A stretch of 34,556 nt of DNA from a virus. Below, piece by piece: positions 1-7,263 of this stretch. Positions within the stretch are counted from its first letter, which is position 1. Every line of letters starts with the position of its first letter. The position numbers and the translations under genes are program-made. The notes under the pieces are model-generated. The model did not search any database. It was given only the letters and a program-made list of their open reading frames with translations, and had not been told where the DNA came from. The stretch spans positions 1-34,556 of the IMG/VR virus record IMGVR_UViG_3300045790_002272; one strand, written 5' to 3'.

Positions 1-127
1 CTTGGCACCTCGCAGCCCCCGAGGTTTCTAAAAGCCGCTTTGCTTGGTCGCGTATTTTTAAAAATTGCTTTTGGCCTTCTTCTGTAAAAATGGCTGCCTT
101 TTCATCTTCATAGTTGTACATAAATCA
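1..127. repeat. Terminal redundancy: bases 1-127 are identical to 34430-34556, consistent with the overlap of a circular contig
   Basis: Direct comparison of the first and last 127 nt shows an exact match. Content is the 5' part of the 85-aa gene annotated at 34293-34550. Confidence 0.9.
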
Positions 128-144
128 CTCCGTAGTTGGGCGCT

Positions 145-208
145 GCCTAACAACGCCATTAAAAATCGGACTCCGCTACCGCTACGCCGTTTATGGCAAG
201 GGTTATAT
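145..208 (+). repeat. attC-like site f1 (64 nt), duplicate of 33635-33698
   Basis: GCCTAAC-AACGC-CAT[T]AAA[AAT]CGG...CCGTTTATG-GCAAGG-GTTATAT. TAAC/GTTA ends, imperfect palindrome, extra bases on the 5' arm. Stop codon of ORF 203-535 lies in the GTTA box. Confidence 0.6.
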
Positions 209-535
209 TTCAAACATGCCTTTGAACTGTGGTGGATGATCTATATTCCTGATCAAGCAATGGTCTTTCATGCTCCTCATTTGGTTTACAAGTTGTTCAA
301 ATTGACCGTCGCCAATGTCGTAAAACCTTACAAATGCATTTTTTCTGTACACGCCTGTTAGCACTATTGTGTTGTTTCCTCTAACCCCTACATCAGCATC
401 AACACGGGTGTAATCTTTCAGCTCTGAAACCTTGTTTTGTACAAATTTACGATGATTTTTCAGGGCAATTCGTAACATCTCGTTTTCTTTTTCAAGAGCT
501 GTAATTCCTAGTTTTCTTTTAATCCAATCTTTCAT
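203..535 (-). CDS. Hypothetical protein (110 aa), cassette-like ORF
   Basis: ORF fills the space between sites f1 and j. TAA stop is the complement of TTA in GTTATAT (202-208). No family recognised. Confidence 0.6.
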   Translation of the reverse strand: MKDWIKRKLGITALEKENEMLRIALKNHRKFVQNKVSELKDYTRVDADVGVRGNNTIVLTGVYRKNAFVRFYDIGDGQFEQLVNQMRSMKDHCLIRNIDHPPQFKGMFEI

Positions 536-556
536 ATTCCATCTCTAGTATTTTAA

Positions 557-606
557 ATATAACAAGGTTTATCAAGCCGACTTCGTAAACTCGGCTGGTG
601 TTATTC
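557..606 (+). repeat. Truncated attC-like site j (50 nt)
   Basis: ATATAAC-AAGGT-TTATCAAGCCGA-loop-TCGGCT-GGT-GTTATTC. 6-bp stem AGCCGA/TCGGCT. The right arm lacks a full L' box. Stop of ORF 601-852 lies in GTTATTC. Confidence 0.35.
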
Positions 607-852
607 TTCTATCACATCCCCAGTTAGCGAGAACCCAAACACAACCTGATTGCTTGGTTGGTTGTAGTTTGACACGTATGTAATTTCCACAAGCTGTGCT
701 CGTCCTGTTGGGGTTTCTTTTTCTTGCTCAATTAAGTAAACCGTATCGCCTTTTTGGAAGCCGCGATCATCGTTATTTCTAATCTCAAAGTTCTTTTCAC
801 CCCTGATTGCAGACTCGAAAAAAGCGGGTAGTATTTTTAGGTGATGCATCAT
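601..852 (-). CDS. ASCH/DUF3850-like (PUA-fold) protein
   Basis: N-terminus HHLKILPAFFESAIRGEKNFEIRNNDDRGFQKGD matches the DUF3850/ASCH pattern as I recall it. RBS AAGGA lies upstream of ATG 852. Confidence 0.6.
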   Translation of the reverse strand: MMHHLKILPAFFESAIRGEKNFEIRNNDDRGFQKGDTVYLIEQEKETPTGRAQLVEITYVSNYNQPSNQVVFGFSLTGDVIEE

Positions 853-862
853 TTTTTAATCC

Positions 863-1159
863 TTAAACGACTTTTAATGTGTTTGATGTTTTTAGGGTTT
901 GCCTTGGTTTTCTGCCTTTTGGTATTTTTATTTGGCGTACTGATTGCTGTTGTGCGGCTTGGTTATAGTTTGACTTTACCCAGTCTTCCATCGCGCGGGT
1001 GCTTATCCATAAGCTGCCAACGGGGTCTTTGAAGATGTGTTTGCCTTCGCGAATGTTGCCTTTGCTTTTCCAGCTGCGCACGGTGGTTTCTTTTTTGTCG
1101 TTTTGGGCGCACCAGACTTTTAGTGGCACCAAATCTTGTGTTTGTTTGTTATTTAGCAT
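863..1159 (-). CDS. Lambda Xis-like excisionase / DNA-binding protein
   Basis: LVPLKVWCAQNDKKETTVRSWKSKG...WISTRAMEDWV resembles lambda Xis YLTLQEWNARQRRPRSLETVRRWVRE. The tail is basic. Confidence 0.45.
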   Translation of the reverse strand: MLNNKQTQDLVPLKVWCAQNDKKETTVRSWKSKGNIREGKHIFKDPVGSLWISTRAMEDWVKSNYNQAAQQQSVRQIKIPKGRKPRQTLKTSNTLKVV

Positions 1160-1310
1160 GACGGTATTGATATCTAGCTATGTGTACGAGTAAGCAGGCT
1201 GTAATGAATAGCGCTGCGCTAAAGCCGCCATATTGCAATTTTGCAGCGGCGTTGCCGAGCGATAAGTAAATAAGCGGTAGGGATTCGTATAAGAATTTTG
1301 GTAGTTTCAT
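1149..1310 (-). CDS. Small membrane protein (53 aa)
   Basis: Internal ATG at 1310 overlaps the TGA stop of the upstream gene (ATGA). Hydrophobic MKLPKFLYESLPLIYLSLG...FSAALFITACLLV. Confidence 0.4.
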   Translation of the reverse strand: MKLPKFLYESLPLIYLSLGNAAAKLQYGGFSAALFITACLLVHIARYQYRHAK

Positions 1311-1684
1311 AATCGCACCTGTATGGGTTGGTTTATGTTGCCAAGTGGTTTGGAGCCAAATACGCTGGCCCATTGTTGCTTTATGTTTGCTTTATTCACT
1401 GAACCGCAGGCGTTGCAGCGTGATTTGAACCCCGTTATGCTGGTTTGATGCGGTTCAAAATAATCAGTTGATTTGGTTTGGTGGCATCCGCTGCACGTTA
1501 GTTGCTCTGTTGCTGGGTTAGTGCCTGCTAGTGCGTTTTTTATGGCGTGTTCGGTGGTTAGACCGCTTTTTTTAAGCCTTGCTACTCGCTTAGTGAACGC
1601 CTGTAAGCTTGCAGCTGGCTTGTTGGCTTGATATATCGCCTTGGCTGATGAATATTGTTTGCCGTTGTAGGTTAGTTTAGTCAT
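1307..1684 (-). CDS. Hypothetical protein with a CxxC...CxxC zinc-finger-like motif
   Basis: 125-aa ORF with CSGC...CNAC. Lies in the early-left operon and is closely packed with its neighbours. Confidence 0.55.
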   Translation of the reverse strand: MTKLTYNGKQYSSAKAIYQANKPAASLQAFTKRVARLKKSGLTTEHAIKNALAGTNPATEQLTCSGCHQTKSTDYFEPHQTSITGFKSRCNACGSVNKANIKQQWASVFGSKPLGNINQPIQVRL

Positions 1685-1687
1685 GGC

Positions 1688-1843
1688 TTAATGTTTGAAT
1701 GGTTGGAAGGTAACAACAATGTTAAGCCCGGCGGCAAGTAGCCAGTAGCTAGCTAGGTTTCGGTCGCCTTTTATGCCGTAGACGATGGCTGCGCCGATGC
1801 TTAGGGCGATCATTGCGATGGGGAATAGGAATTCAATTTTCAT
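1688..1843 (-). CDS. Small 2-TM membrane protein (51 aa), not in the supplied ORF track
   Basis: Hand translation gives MKIEFLFPIAMIALSIGAAIVYGIKGDRNLASYWLLAAGLNIVVTFQPFKH. ATG 1843 overlaps the TGA of gene 1840-2208 (ATGA). Confidence 0.45.
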   Translation of the reverse strand: MKIEFLFPIAMIALSIGAAIVYGIKGDRNLASYWLLAAGLNIVVTFQPFKH

Positions 1844-2208
1844 TGTTGTTCCTTGTTGATAATGAATACATCAATCGGTAGGTTGTAGCGCCAAATAGTT
1901 TGGTATAGGCGAATGATGTATCGCTGGTCTTTGGGTAGGTCTACTATGAGCAATATGCCTGCGCGTTTGCCGGTGTGCATGGCGTAGAAGAGTGATTGAC
2001 CGATGGCTTCGTAGAATTTGCTGGCAAAGTCTACTTCTATTGCGTGCGTGGCGGTTAAGCAGTCTACTTGTGTGCCGTTGGGTAGCCTGTGTGGTGCGCC
2101 GTTGTGGGCTTTGCACCACGGTAGTTGATAGTCGCGCTCTAGTGCGTGGCTGGTGGTGGTTATTAACAGTAGGGTGATGGTGATGAGTGTTTTCACGATT
2201 TTATCCAT
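1840..2208 (-). CDS. Secreted/periplasmic hypothetical protein
   Basis: N-terminal signal-like MDKIVKTLITITLLLITTTSHA. Motif D..HAIEVDFASK weakly recalls PD-(D/E)xK nucleases, but I cannot confirm this. Confidence 0.5.
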   Translation of the reverse strand: MDKIVKTLITITLLLITTTSHALERDYQLPWCKAHNGAPHRLPNGTQVDCLTATHAIEVDFASKFYEAIGQSLFYAMHTGKRAGILLIVDLPKDQRYIIRLYQTIWRYNLPIDVFIINKEQQ

Positions 2209-2468
2209 TGCATAATATGAGTGTGCATTTGTTTTATCTGCTGATCGTTATAGATTGATTGCTCTATGCAGGTTAGTTCATCGTTTTCTTTTATTCTAAA
2301 TAAGGCAGATGATATTTTTTCGAGGTCCTGCCCTTTATAAAATGCACTGAACTCAAGAGGGTTCATTGTTTGATGTACGCAGTAAAGAAAGTCAGAGTCT
2401 GGTTTTAATTCGTCTTCTAAGCGGGTTAACTCGTTCTGTAGATTTAGATACCTAGTTAATGTATTCAT
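2193..2468 (-). CDS. Hypothetical protein (91 aa)
   Basis: ORF in the operon with overlapping stop/start at both neighbours. Confidence 0.5.
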   Translation of the reverse strand: MNTLTRYLNLQNELTRLEDELKPDSDFLYCVHQTMNPLEFSAFYKGQDLEKISSALFRIKENDELTCIEQSIYNDQQIKQMHTHIMQWIKS

Positions 2469-2665
2469 TTAAATGACCCCGCTATGCGTGCGCGTTCTAC
2501 TTGTTCTGGCCAGCTCATGGCTAGTTCTTGCTTTGCTTCTGTTGATTTGTCGCTAATGAGCGCTAATGACATGATGTTGCCGATTTGTAGTAATTTACGA
2601 AGTTCTTTTCTTTCAACGCTTTCTGAGCGTTGATCTTTAACCATAAAGTTTGCTTTTTTCATCAT
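2465..2665 (-). CDS. Hypothetical protein (about 66 aa; start trimmed to MMKKANF)
   Basis: Strong RBS GGAGG immediately upstream of ATGATG at 2665/2662. The longer 100-aa form overlaps the neighbouring ORF. Confidence 0.45.
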   Translation of the reverse strand: MMKKANFMVKDQRSESVERKELRKLLQIGNIMSLALISDKSTEAKQELAMSWPEQVERARIAGSFK

Positions 2666-2673
2666 ATCCTCCG

Positions 2674-2895
2674 TTAGCGTGTTGCTACTGTGATTCGATT
2701 GTATTTGTTGGGCAGGTTGTTGCAGGCGGTTAGGTCGCGCCCGTACTTGTTTTCTACCCATTGGCATTGACCATTGCCATTAAAAGCTACGGTTGGTGTG
2801 TTAATACAGCTAACAACAGCCAGTGCGATAAACGCCCAAAGGGCTGCTATGGCGGCTACTGTTTGTAAAACGTTTTTGTTGTTATTGTTTTGCAT
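2674..2895 (-). CDS. Small membrane-anchored or secreted protein (73 aa), first gene after the PL-like promoter
   Basis: Hydrophobic segment VLQTVAAIAALWAFIALAVV, several Cys, RBS AAGGA. Confidence 0.5.
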   Translation of the reverse strand: MQNNNNKNVLQTVAAIAALWAFIALAVVSCINTPTVAFNGNGQCQWVENKYGRDLTACNNLPNKYNRITVATR

Positions 2896-2929
2896 GTCCT
2901 TTTGCCTCTTTTTTGTTTAACGTGGAGAT

Positions 2930-2960
2930 AATATATACGTAATGTATACGTATAGTCAAC
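2930..2960 (-). promoter_or_regulatory. PL-like early-left promoter with operator motifs
   Basis: Minus strand reads GTTGACT-atac-GTATAC-atta-CGTATATATT. It matches the PR block 4285-4315 at 23 of 31 positions. Contains TATAC-N5-GTATA (2934-2948). Confidence 0.65.
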
Positions 2961-2983
2961 AAAATGTATATGTTTTTTTTACG

Positions 2984-3012
2984 GACAATAAAAAACCCGC
3001 CGTAGCGGGTTA
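2984..3012 (-). terminator. Rho-independent terminator ending the cI operon
   Basis: Minus strand: ACCCGC-tacg-GCGGGT followed by TTTTTTATT. Confidence 0.75.
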
Positions 3013-3036
3013 GAATTTATTGGTTTTGTGCGTGTA

Positions 3037-3540
3037 TTATTTATTTGCTGATGTTACCCAGCAGGCAGATTTGCTAGCCTGACTTTGAATAAAGCCCATA
3101 TTGATATCATTGAATGTTTTAGAGGTGTTGGCAGGGATTATTTCATAGATAGTGTGCGTGTTTGAGTCTATAACGGTGCCGCTGTTTGCGCTGTGCTGGC
3201 ATTTTATTGTAATGTCTTTAACGGGGAAGGGATTGGTATTGTTAATGGTGAAGTTGGCTTCCATGACTGTGTTAAATGCTGTGGTTTTCCATGAGAAGTC
3301 GCTTATTGTTACTTTGTTTATAATGGATTGCGTTTTTGTTGCCATTTCTTTTGATTTTTGTTCGTTCTCGCTGATGATGCTGGTGCATTGATACACGATG
3401 AACCCGACGAATATGGCGAGGAGTATTTTTATAATTTTACCGATGCCAATGGGTTGCTTTATGGGTGCTCCGCAGGATGGGCATTGGGTGGCTTTTTTGC
3501 TTATTTCTTTGTTGCATTCTTTGCAGGTTGTTAGTGACAT
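3037..3540 (-). CDS. Zinc-ribbon membrane protein co-transcribed with the repressor
   Basis: CKECNKEISKKATQCPSCGAP, then a TM helix (IIKILLAIFVGFIVY), then a roughly 110-aa extracytoplasmic domain. Sits between cI and its terminator. Confidence 0.6.
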   Translation of the reverse strand: MSLTTCKECNKEISKKATQCPSCGAPIKQPIGIGKIIKILLAIFVGFIVYQCTSIISENEQKSKEMATKTQSIINKVTISDFSWKTTAFNTVMEANFTINNTNPFPVKDITIKCQHSANSGTVIDSNTHTIYEIIPANTSKTFNDINMGFIQSQASKSACWVTSANK

Positions 3541-3601
3541 GTTGCATCCTTGTTTGGTTAATGGCTACTTTGAACAGCTTAATCCATTGTAGCGCTGTTT
3601 T

Positions 3602-4237
3602 TTATATCCACGTTTTTAATGATTGTACAACAACGCCGCATAACCTGGCATCAGCTTGCATTTCCATGATGGGGTAACGTGGATTGATGGGCTTTAGATA
3701 GCGTTTTCCGCCATCTATCACTAGTTGTTTGCAGGTTGCTTCGGTGTTGCCGTTTTGGATAACGATAACAATGCTGTTGTGTTCTGCGATGCGAAGCGGG
3801 TCTACGATAACAATTTCATTGTCTTTTATATCAGGTTCCATTGAATCGCCTTGTATGCGCAGTGCAAAGGCGTTTTCGCTGGTTGTGGCGGTGCTTAAAA
3901 CCCAATCTTGCTCATCTTTTGGGTCGTAGTTGTCGCCAATGTCTTTCCAGTTGCCTGCGGCGACACTTGAGATAAGGGGGACGGGTTTAGAATGCACTTG
4001 GTAGGTGTTTGGGGCTTCTTTAACAGCATGGGGCGGTTTGCTGGTTCCTTCTGAGAGCCAAGCTGGGTCAACGTCTAAAACATCACAGGCTTTTATAAAA
4101 TGTGCTCTGGGGATGCCTCCGCGAACTTTCCATAGGTTTACGTTTTGTGGTTCGGTGCTCATTTTTCTAGCAAATTCTGCTTGGCTGATGCCTTTTTGCT
4201 TAAGTGCTAGGTTTAGTCTTTCTCTAAATTTTTCCAT
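3602..4237 (-). CDS. CI/LexA-like repressor (HTH_XRE plus S24 peptidase)
   Basis: GISQAEFARKM HTH, AAG cleavage-site-like motif, GDSM serine and CKQL lysine motifs. Start trimmed to ATG 4237 (MEKFRERL); no SD upstream. Confidence 0.85.
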   Translation of the reverse strand: MEKFRERLNLALKQKGISQAEFARKMSTEPQNVNLWKVRGGIPRAHFIKACDVLDVDPAWLSEGTSKPPHAVKEAPNTYQVHSKPVPLISSVAAGNWKDIGDNYDPKDEQDWVLSTATTSENAFALRIQGDSMEPDIKDNEIVIVDPLRIAEHNSIVIVIQNGNTEATCKQLVIDGGKRYLKPINPRYPIMEMQADARLCGVVVQSLKTWI

Positions 4238-4251
4238 ATACAAAAAGTATA
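4237..4251. promoter_or_regulatory. Operator-like palindrome TATAC-N5-GTATA abutting the cI start codon
   Basis: TATACAAAAAGTATA. The same half-sites recur at 4297-4311 and 2934-2948. Confidence 0.5.
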
Positions 4252-4284
4252 GTTATTAATTGTTATCAAATATATATACGTATT

Positions 4285-4315
4285 GTTGACTTACTGTATA
4301 CGTTTCGTATATATT
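4285..4315 (+). promoter_or_regulatory. PR-like promoter with operator
   Basis: GTTGACT-tact-GTATAC-gttt-CGTATATATT. -35 is TTGACT, spacer 16-18 nt, -10 is TATATA/TATATT. TATACGTTTCGTATA overlaps the -10. Confidence 0.7.
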
Positions 4316-4321
4316 CAACAC

Positions 4322-4522
4322 ATGAGTAAATTAGATAAAGCAATTGAAATTGTTGGCAGTCAGGCAATGTTAGCTAAACAGCTAGGTGTTACTCCACCTG
4401 TTGTATTCCACTGGAAGAAACGAGGTGTTCCTGCTAAGTATTGTCGGAAAATCCAGAAAATAACGGGTGACGCTGTTATTGCCTCTGATTTGCGCCCCGA
4501 TGTGTTTGGGGATGCTGGCTGA
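4322..4522 (+). CDS. Cro/YdaS-like HTH protein
   Basis: MSKLDKAIEIVGSQAMLAKQLGVTPPVVFHWKKRGVPAKY..DLRPD matches the YdaS/Cro-like pattern. Divergent from cI. The ATG lies about 7 nt after the -10, so the transcript may be leaderless. Confidence 0.7.
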   Translation: MSKLDKAIEIVGSQAMLAKQLGVTPPVVFHWKKRGVPAKYCRKIQKITGDAVIASDLRPDVFGDAG

Positions 4523-4566
4523 TGTTTTGTTTTCTTCCATTTTTACACTCGCTTGGTTGGCGTGTT

Positions 4567-4598
4567 GCCCGTTCCTGTTGGTTCGGGCTTTTTTATTT
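4567..4598 (+). terminator. Intrinsic terminator after cro (tR1-like)
   Basis: GCCCG-12 nt-CGGGC followed by TTTTTTATTT. Confidence 0.6.
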
Positions 4599-4666
4599 AA
4601 CGTGGGTTTATTGTGCGGGGTTGCGGTTACTGAATCTATCCGTGCAAATACGGATAAGGAGGTTTT

Positions 4667-5047
4667 ATGGCTATGGTTGTATTTGAAAAGGGCTGCTTAA
4701 CAGATACGGAGCTGTCGGTTTTAAGGCTGTTGGCAGATGGTTTAACGCATAAGGAGATTGCGCGTTCTATTGAATGTACAACTGCTAGCCATCGAACGGT
4801 TGAAAGCCATGTTAAGCATATTTCTGAGAAATTAGGCAGTAGGAACGCGGCGCATATGATTACGGAGGCCATGAAGGTTGGCATTATTAAGCTGCTGACA
4901 TTCGGGGTGGTTTGTGTGTTGTCTTTTAATTGCGTAATGCCTGGTTTGGATAATAGAGCGCCACTTCGCCGCCCACCGCGTGCGGTAAGGGTTAGTAGAA
5001 CGGTTGCTCGGGTTAGGGTTGAGCGTTTGGGTGGAGCGGCTGCATGA
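4667..5047 (+). CDS. LuxR/GerE-type HTH regulator with a hydrophobic C-terminal segment
   Basis: LTDTELSVLRLLADGLTHKEIARSI..SHRTVESHVKHISEKLG, then LLTFGVVCVLSFNCVM and an Arg-rich tail. RBS GGAGG. Confidence 0.7.
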   Translation: MAMVVFEKGCLTDTELSVLRLLADGLTHKEIARSIECTTASHRTVESHVKHISEKLGSRNAAHMITEAMKVGIIKLLTFGVVCVLSFNCVMPGLDNRAPLRRPPRAVRVSRTVARVRVERLGGAAA

Positions 5048-5826
5048 GCATTGGTTTAATGGGGCTCGTTTTTAAAGATGAAGAGTTGCAGAGCAATGAG
5101 AAGTTGGTGTTGTTGGCGCTGGCTGATAATGCGAATGACGAGGGGATTTGTTATCCATCGTTAAGCACTTTGCAGGTTAAAACAAGTTTATCGCGCCCGA
5201 CTGTTTCTAAAATTTTGAAAAAGTTGGCGGCGAATGATTATTTATTTGGTGTTAATCGTGCGCGTAAAAAAGGCGGTAGAAGTTCGAATATGTATTTGCT
5301 TTTTCCGGCTAAAAATTACCCTAACTTGGATGAGTTTTTTAAGTCTAAATTTGAGGCGTATGAGTGTGTTAATTCTGAGTTATCCACAGGCCAAAGTAAA
5401 GAGGCTTTACTACCCCCCCAAAGTAAAGAGGCTTTACTAGGGTTAGGGAGCCAAAGTAAAGAGGCTTTACTAGAAAGTGAATCATTACTTAAAAGCTTAT
5501 TTAACCATAAGGGATTTTCTTGTTTAAAACGTGATGAGAAAACGCTGTTTCTGTCGTACCTAAAATTACGCAAAAAAATGGGCTTGATTACGACGATGGA
5601 AATTAAGATTCGGTTGCTTGAAAAATATCATGCATTTGGCCGTGATATGCAGATTATTGAAAACGCGATTAATGCAAATTGGAAAGATTTTTATTCAACG
5701 GGAGGGAAAGATGGAGCGAGTGGAAAATTTAGTAAAACAACATCAGCCGCGCAATCCCACCACGACACGCTCAAGCAAATTGCAAAAGAAGCCGATGAGC
5801 GAGAAATGGGTGAGCGCGTTGTTTAG
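5044..5826 (+). CDS. Replication initiator (HTH, lambda O-like role)
   Basis: N-terminal HTH_36-like EKLVLLALADNANDEGICYPSLSTLQVKTSLSRPTVSKILKKL. Iterons lie inside the gene. Confidence 0.65.
   Translation: MSIGLMGLVFKDEELQSNEKLVLLALADNANDEGICYPSLSTLQVKTSLSRPTVSKILKKLAANDYLFGVNRARKKGGRSSNMYLLFPAKNYPNLDEFFKSKFEAYECVNSELSTGQSKEALLPPQSKEALLGLGSQSKEALLESESLLKSLFNHKGFSCLKRDEKTLFLSYLKLRKKMGLITTMEIKIRLLEKYHAFGRDMQIIENAINANWKDFYSTGGKDGASGKFSKTTSAAQSHHDTLKQIAKEADEREMGERVV
5391..5472. repeat. Origin iterons: 3 copies of CCAAAGTAAAGAGGCTTTACTA
   Basis: Exact 22-mers at 5391, 5418 and 5451, each with the dyad GTAAAG/CTTTAC, followed by an AT-rich stretch. They encode QSKEALL x3. Confidence 0.7.
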
Positions 5827-6133
5827 CAAATTTCAGGTGAGGTATGGGCATAAGTGGACATCGTGCATGCCTACGGCTGAATTAACGCGGCTGGCAGTTA
5901 GCGAGTGGAGTGATCGTTTGGCGGGGTTGACTGGTGACCAGGTAAAGCACGGGCTTGATACGTGGCGTGAAGGTTGGCCACCGAGCGCGGATGAATTTAG
6001 GAAGGTGTGTATGGGTTCGCAAGGCGCGCTACACAACACGGCGGCATATAAGCCGTTTGTGGCATTGCCCAAGCCGCCGCGTGATAAGGCGGTAGGTGTT
6101 GCTGCGTTGGCTGCTATGCGGGGCGCGTTGTAA
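5795..6133 (+). CDS. Lambda P-like replication protein (helicase-loader-like)
   Basis: GWPPSADEFRKVC resembles lambda P PFLPSPGQFVAWC. Start is uncertain (ATG 5795, or 5711 which has RBS GGGAGGG). Confidence 0.45.
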   Translation: MSEKWVSALFSKFQVRYGHKWTSCMPTAELTRLAVSEWSDRLAGLTGDQVKHGLDTWREGWPPSADEFRKVCMGSQGALHNTAAYKPFVALPKPPRDKAVGVAALAAMRGAL

Positions 6134-6339
6134 TGATTAACTGGGAGCAATGTGCATTGAATTTACGGCGGGTAATGCCGCTAAGCCTCGTTGCGAAAAA
6201 AGTGAATATGGATGCTGACACGTTGCGCCGTTTGTCGCGGGGTGAGACGAAAGAGCCAAAATTTACGGCGGGTGTGTTGTTGTTGGATTTGCATTGGCAG
6301 TTGTGTGCAGATCGACATGCGGGGTTGATGGCGCGATGA
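6133..6339 (+). CDS. Hypothetical protein (68 aa)
   Basis: TAATG overlap with the upstream stop. Packed operon. Confidence 0.45.
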   Translation: MINWEQCALNLRRVMPLSLVAKKVNMDADTLRRLSRGETKEPKFTAGVLLLDLHWQLCADRHAGLMAR

Positions 6340-6572
6340 CAAACACTGATGCACAAAATAAAACATTGGCTAGGTTGGCTGGCGCCGATTGGCGGGTGTT
6401 GGGTTTTTGTGGTGATGATTTGTGGATTTGCAAGCAGTGCAGAATTCAAAAAGTATTTTCGGTGGTGGATGCAAAAGGCGCGTTGTTGGGTAAGGGGCGG
6501 TTAGATTTTATTGCGGCCTTTGGTAAGGCAAAGGCTATTCGGCTGGTTGAGGAGGTATTTGATCATGGTTGA
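6336..6572 (+). CDS. Hypothetical protein (78 aa; start trimmed)
   Basis: ATGA overlap with the stop of 6133-6339. Confidence 0.4.
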   Translation: MTNTDAQNKTLARLAGADWRVLGFCGDDLWICKQCRIQKVFSVVDAKGALLGKGRLDFIAAFGKAKAIRLVEEVFDHG

Positions 6573-6984
6573 GTTATATCACGAATATGGGTTGCCCACT
6601 GTGGAGGAAGCGATTGAGGGCGGTGTTGTTCGGCGCTTGCAATCGAGTTGGGAGCACGACGCGGTGTTTATTGCGCGAGATAGAACAAAGCGCGCTGTTG
6701 GGTGGCAGTGCTTTAGCTGTGGTGCGCCATCGGAACGCGGCGGTGAGGTGCGCGACAAGGTGGCGAATGAGCGCGTGGTGACTCGATTTGTGCATGAGTA
6801 TAAAAAACTGTGTGCGTTGGTGCGAGAGGGTGAGGTGCTGACCAGCGGCGCGCATATTACGGGGTTACGGCCAAGGTTCCGCGAATCTAAAACGGCGGTG
6901 GTTGAAAAAACAGGTTTTAACAAGCGATTGAGTTTTGATGAAGAGTCGGCGCGGTTGAAAGGGCTAAAAGATTTACTGAGTTAA
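6565..6984 (+). CDS. Hypothetical protein (139 aa; start trimmed)
   Basis: RBS GAGGAGG upstream of ATG 6565. Contains CFSC. Confidence 0.45.
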   Translation: MVELYHEYGLPTVEEAIEGGVVRRLQSSWEHDAVFIARDRTKRAVGWQCFSCGAPSERGGEVRDKVANERVVTRFVHEYKKLCALVREGEVLTSGAHITGLRPRFRESKTAVVEKTGFNKRLSFDEESARLKGLKDLLS

Positions 6985-7008
6985 TTTTTTAATAAACGGA
7001 GGGGTGGT

Positions 7009-7263
7009 ATGGCGATTAGCAAAGTGGAATTAGAAAATGGAAGTGTGGTAAAAACTTCTGCACTTGACAGGCAAGTAGCAGGTGGGCATTACAAGGGTCT
7101 TAAAATACAGCCAATTGAATATTGTCATGCGAATGGGCTTGGGTTTATTGAGGGCGCTGTTGTGAAGTATGTGACGCGATGGCCCAACAAGGGTGGTATT
7201 GATGATTTGCGCAAGGCAAGGCATTGCATTGACATGTTGATTGAGTTGGAGGGTAAGGCATGA
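7009..7263 (+). CDS. DUF3310-family phage protein
   Basis: GGHYKGLKIQPIEY...GAVVKYVTRWPNKGGIDDLRKARHCIDMLIE matches the DUF3310 pattern as I recall it. Confidence 0.65.
   Translation: MAISKVELENGSVVKTSALDRQVAGGHYKGLKIQPIEYCHANGLGFIEGAVVKYVTRWPNKGGIDDLRKARHCIDMLIELEGKA

Noticed and set aside
1-127. A third independent copy of the 85-aa gene at the window start
   Set aside because: It is identical to the last 127 nt and ends exactly where the window ends, so it is the same copy seen twice because of the circular overlap.
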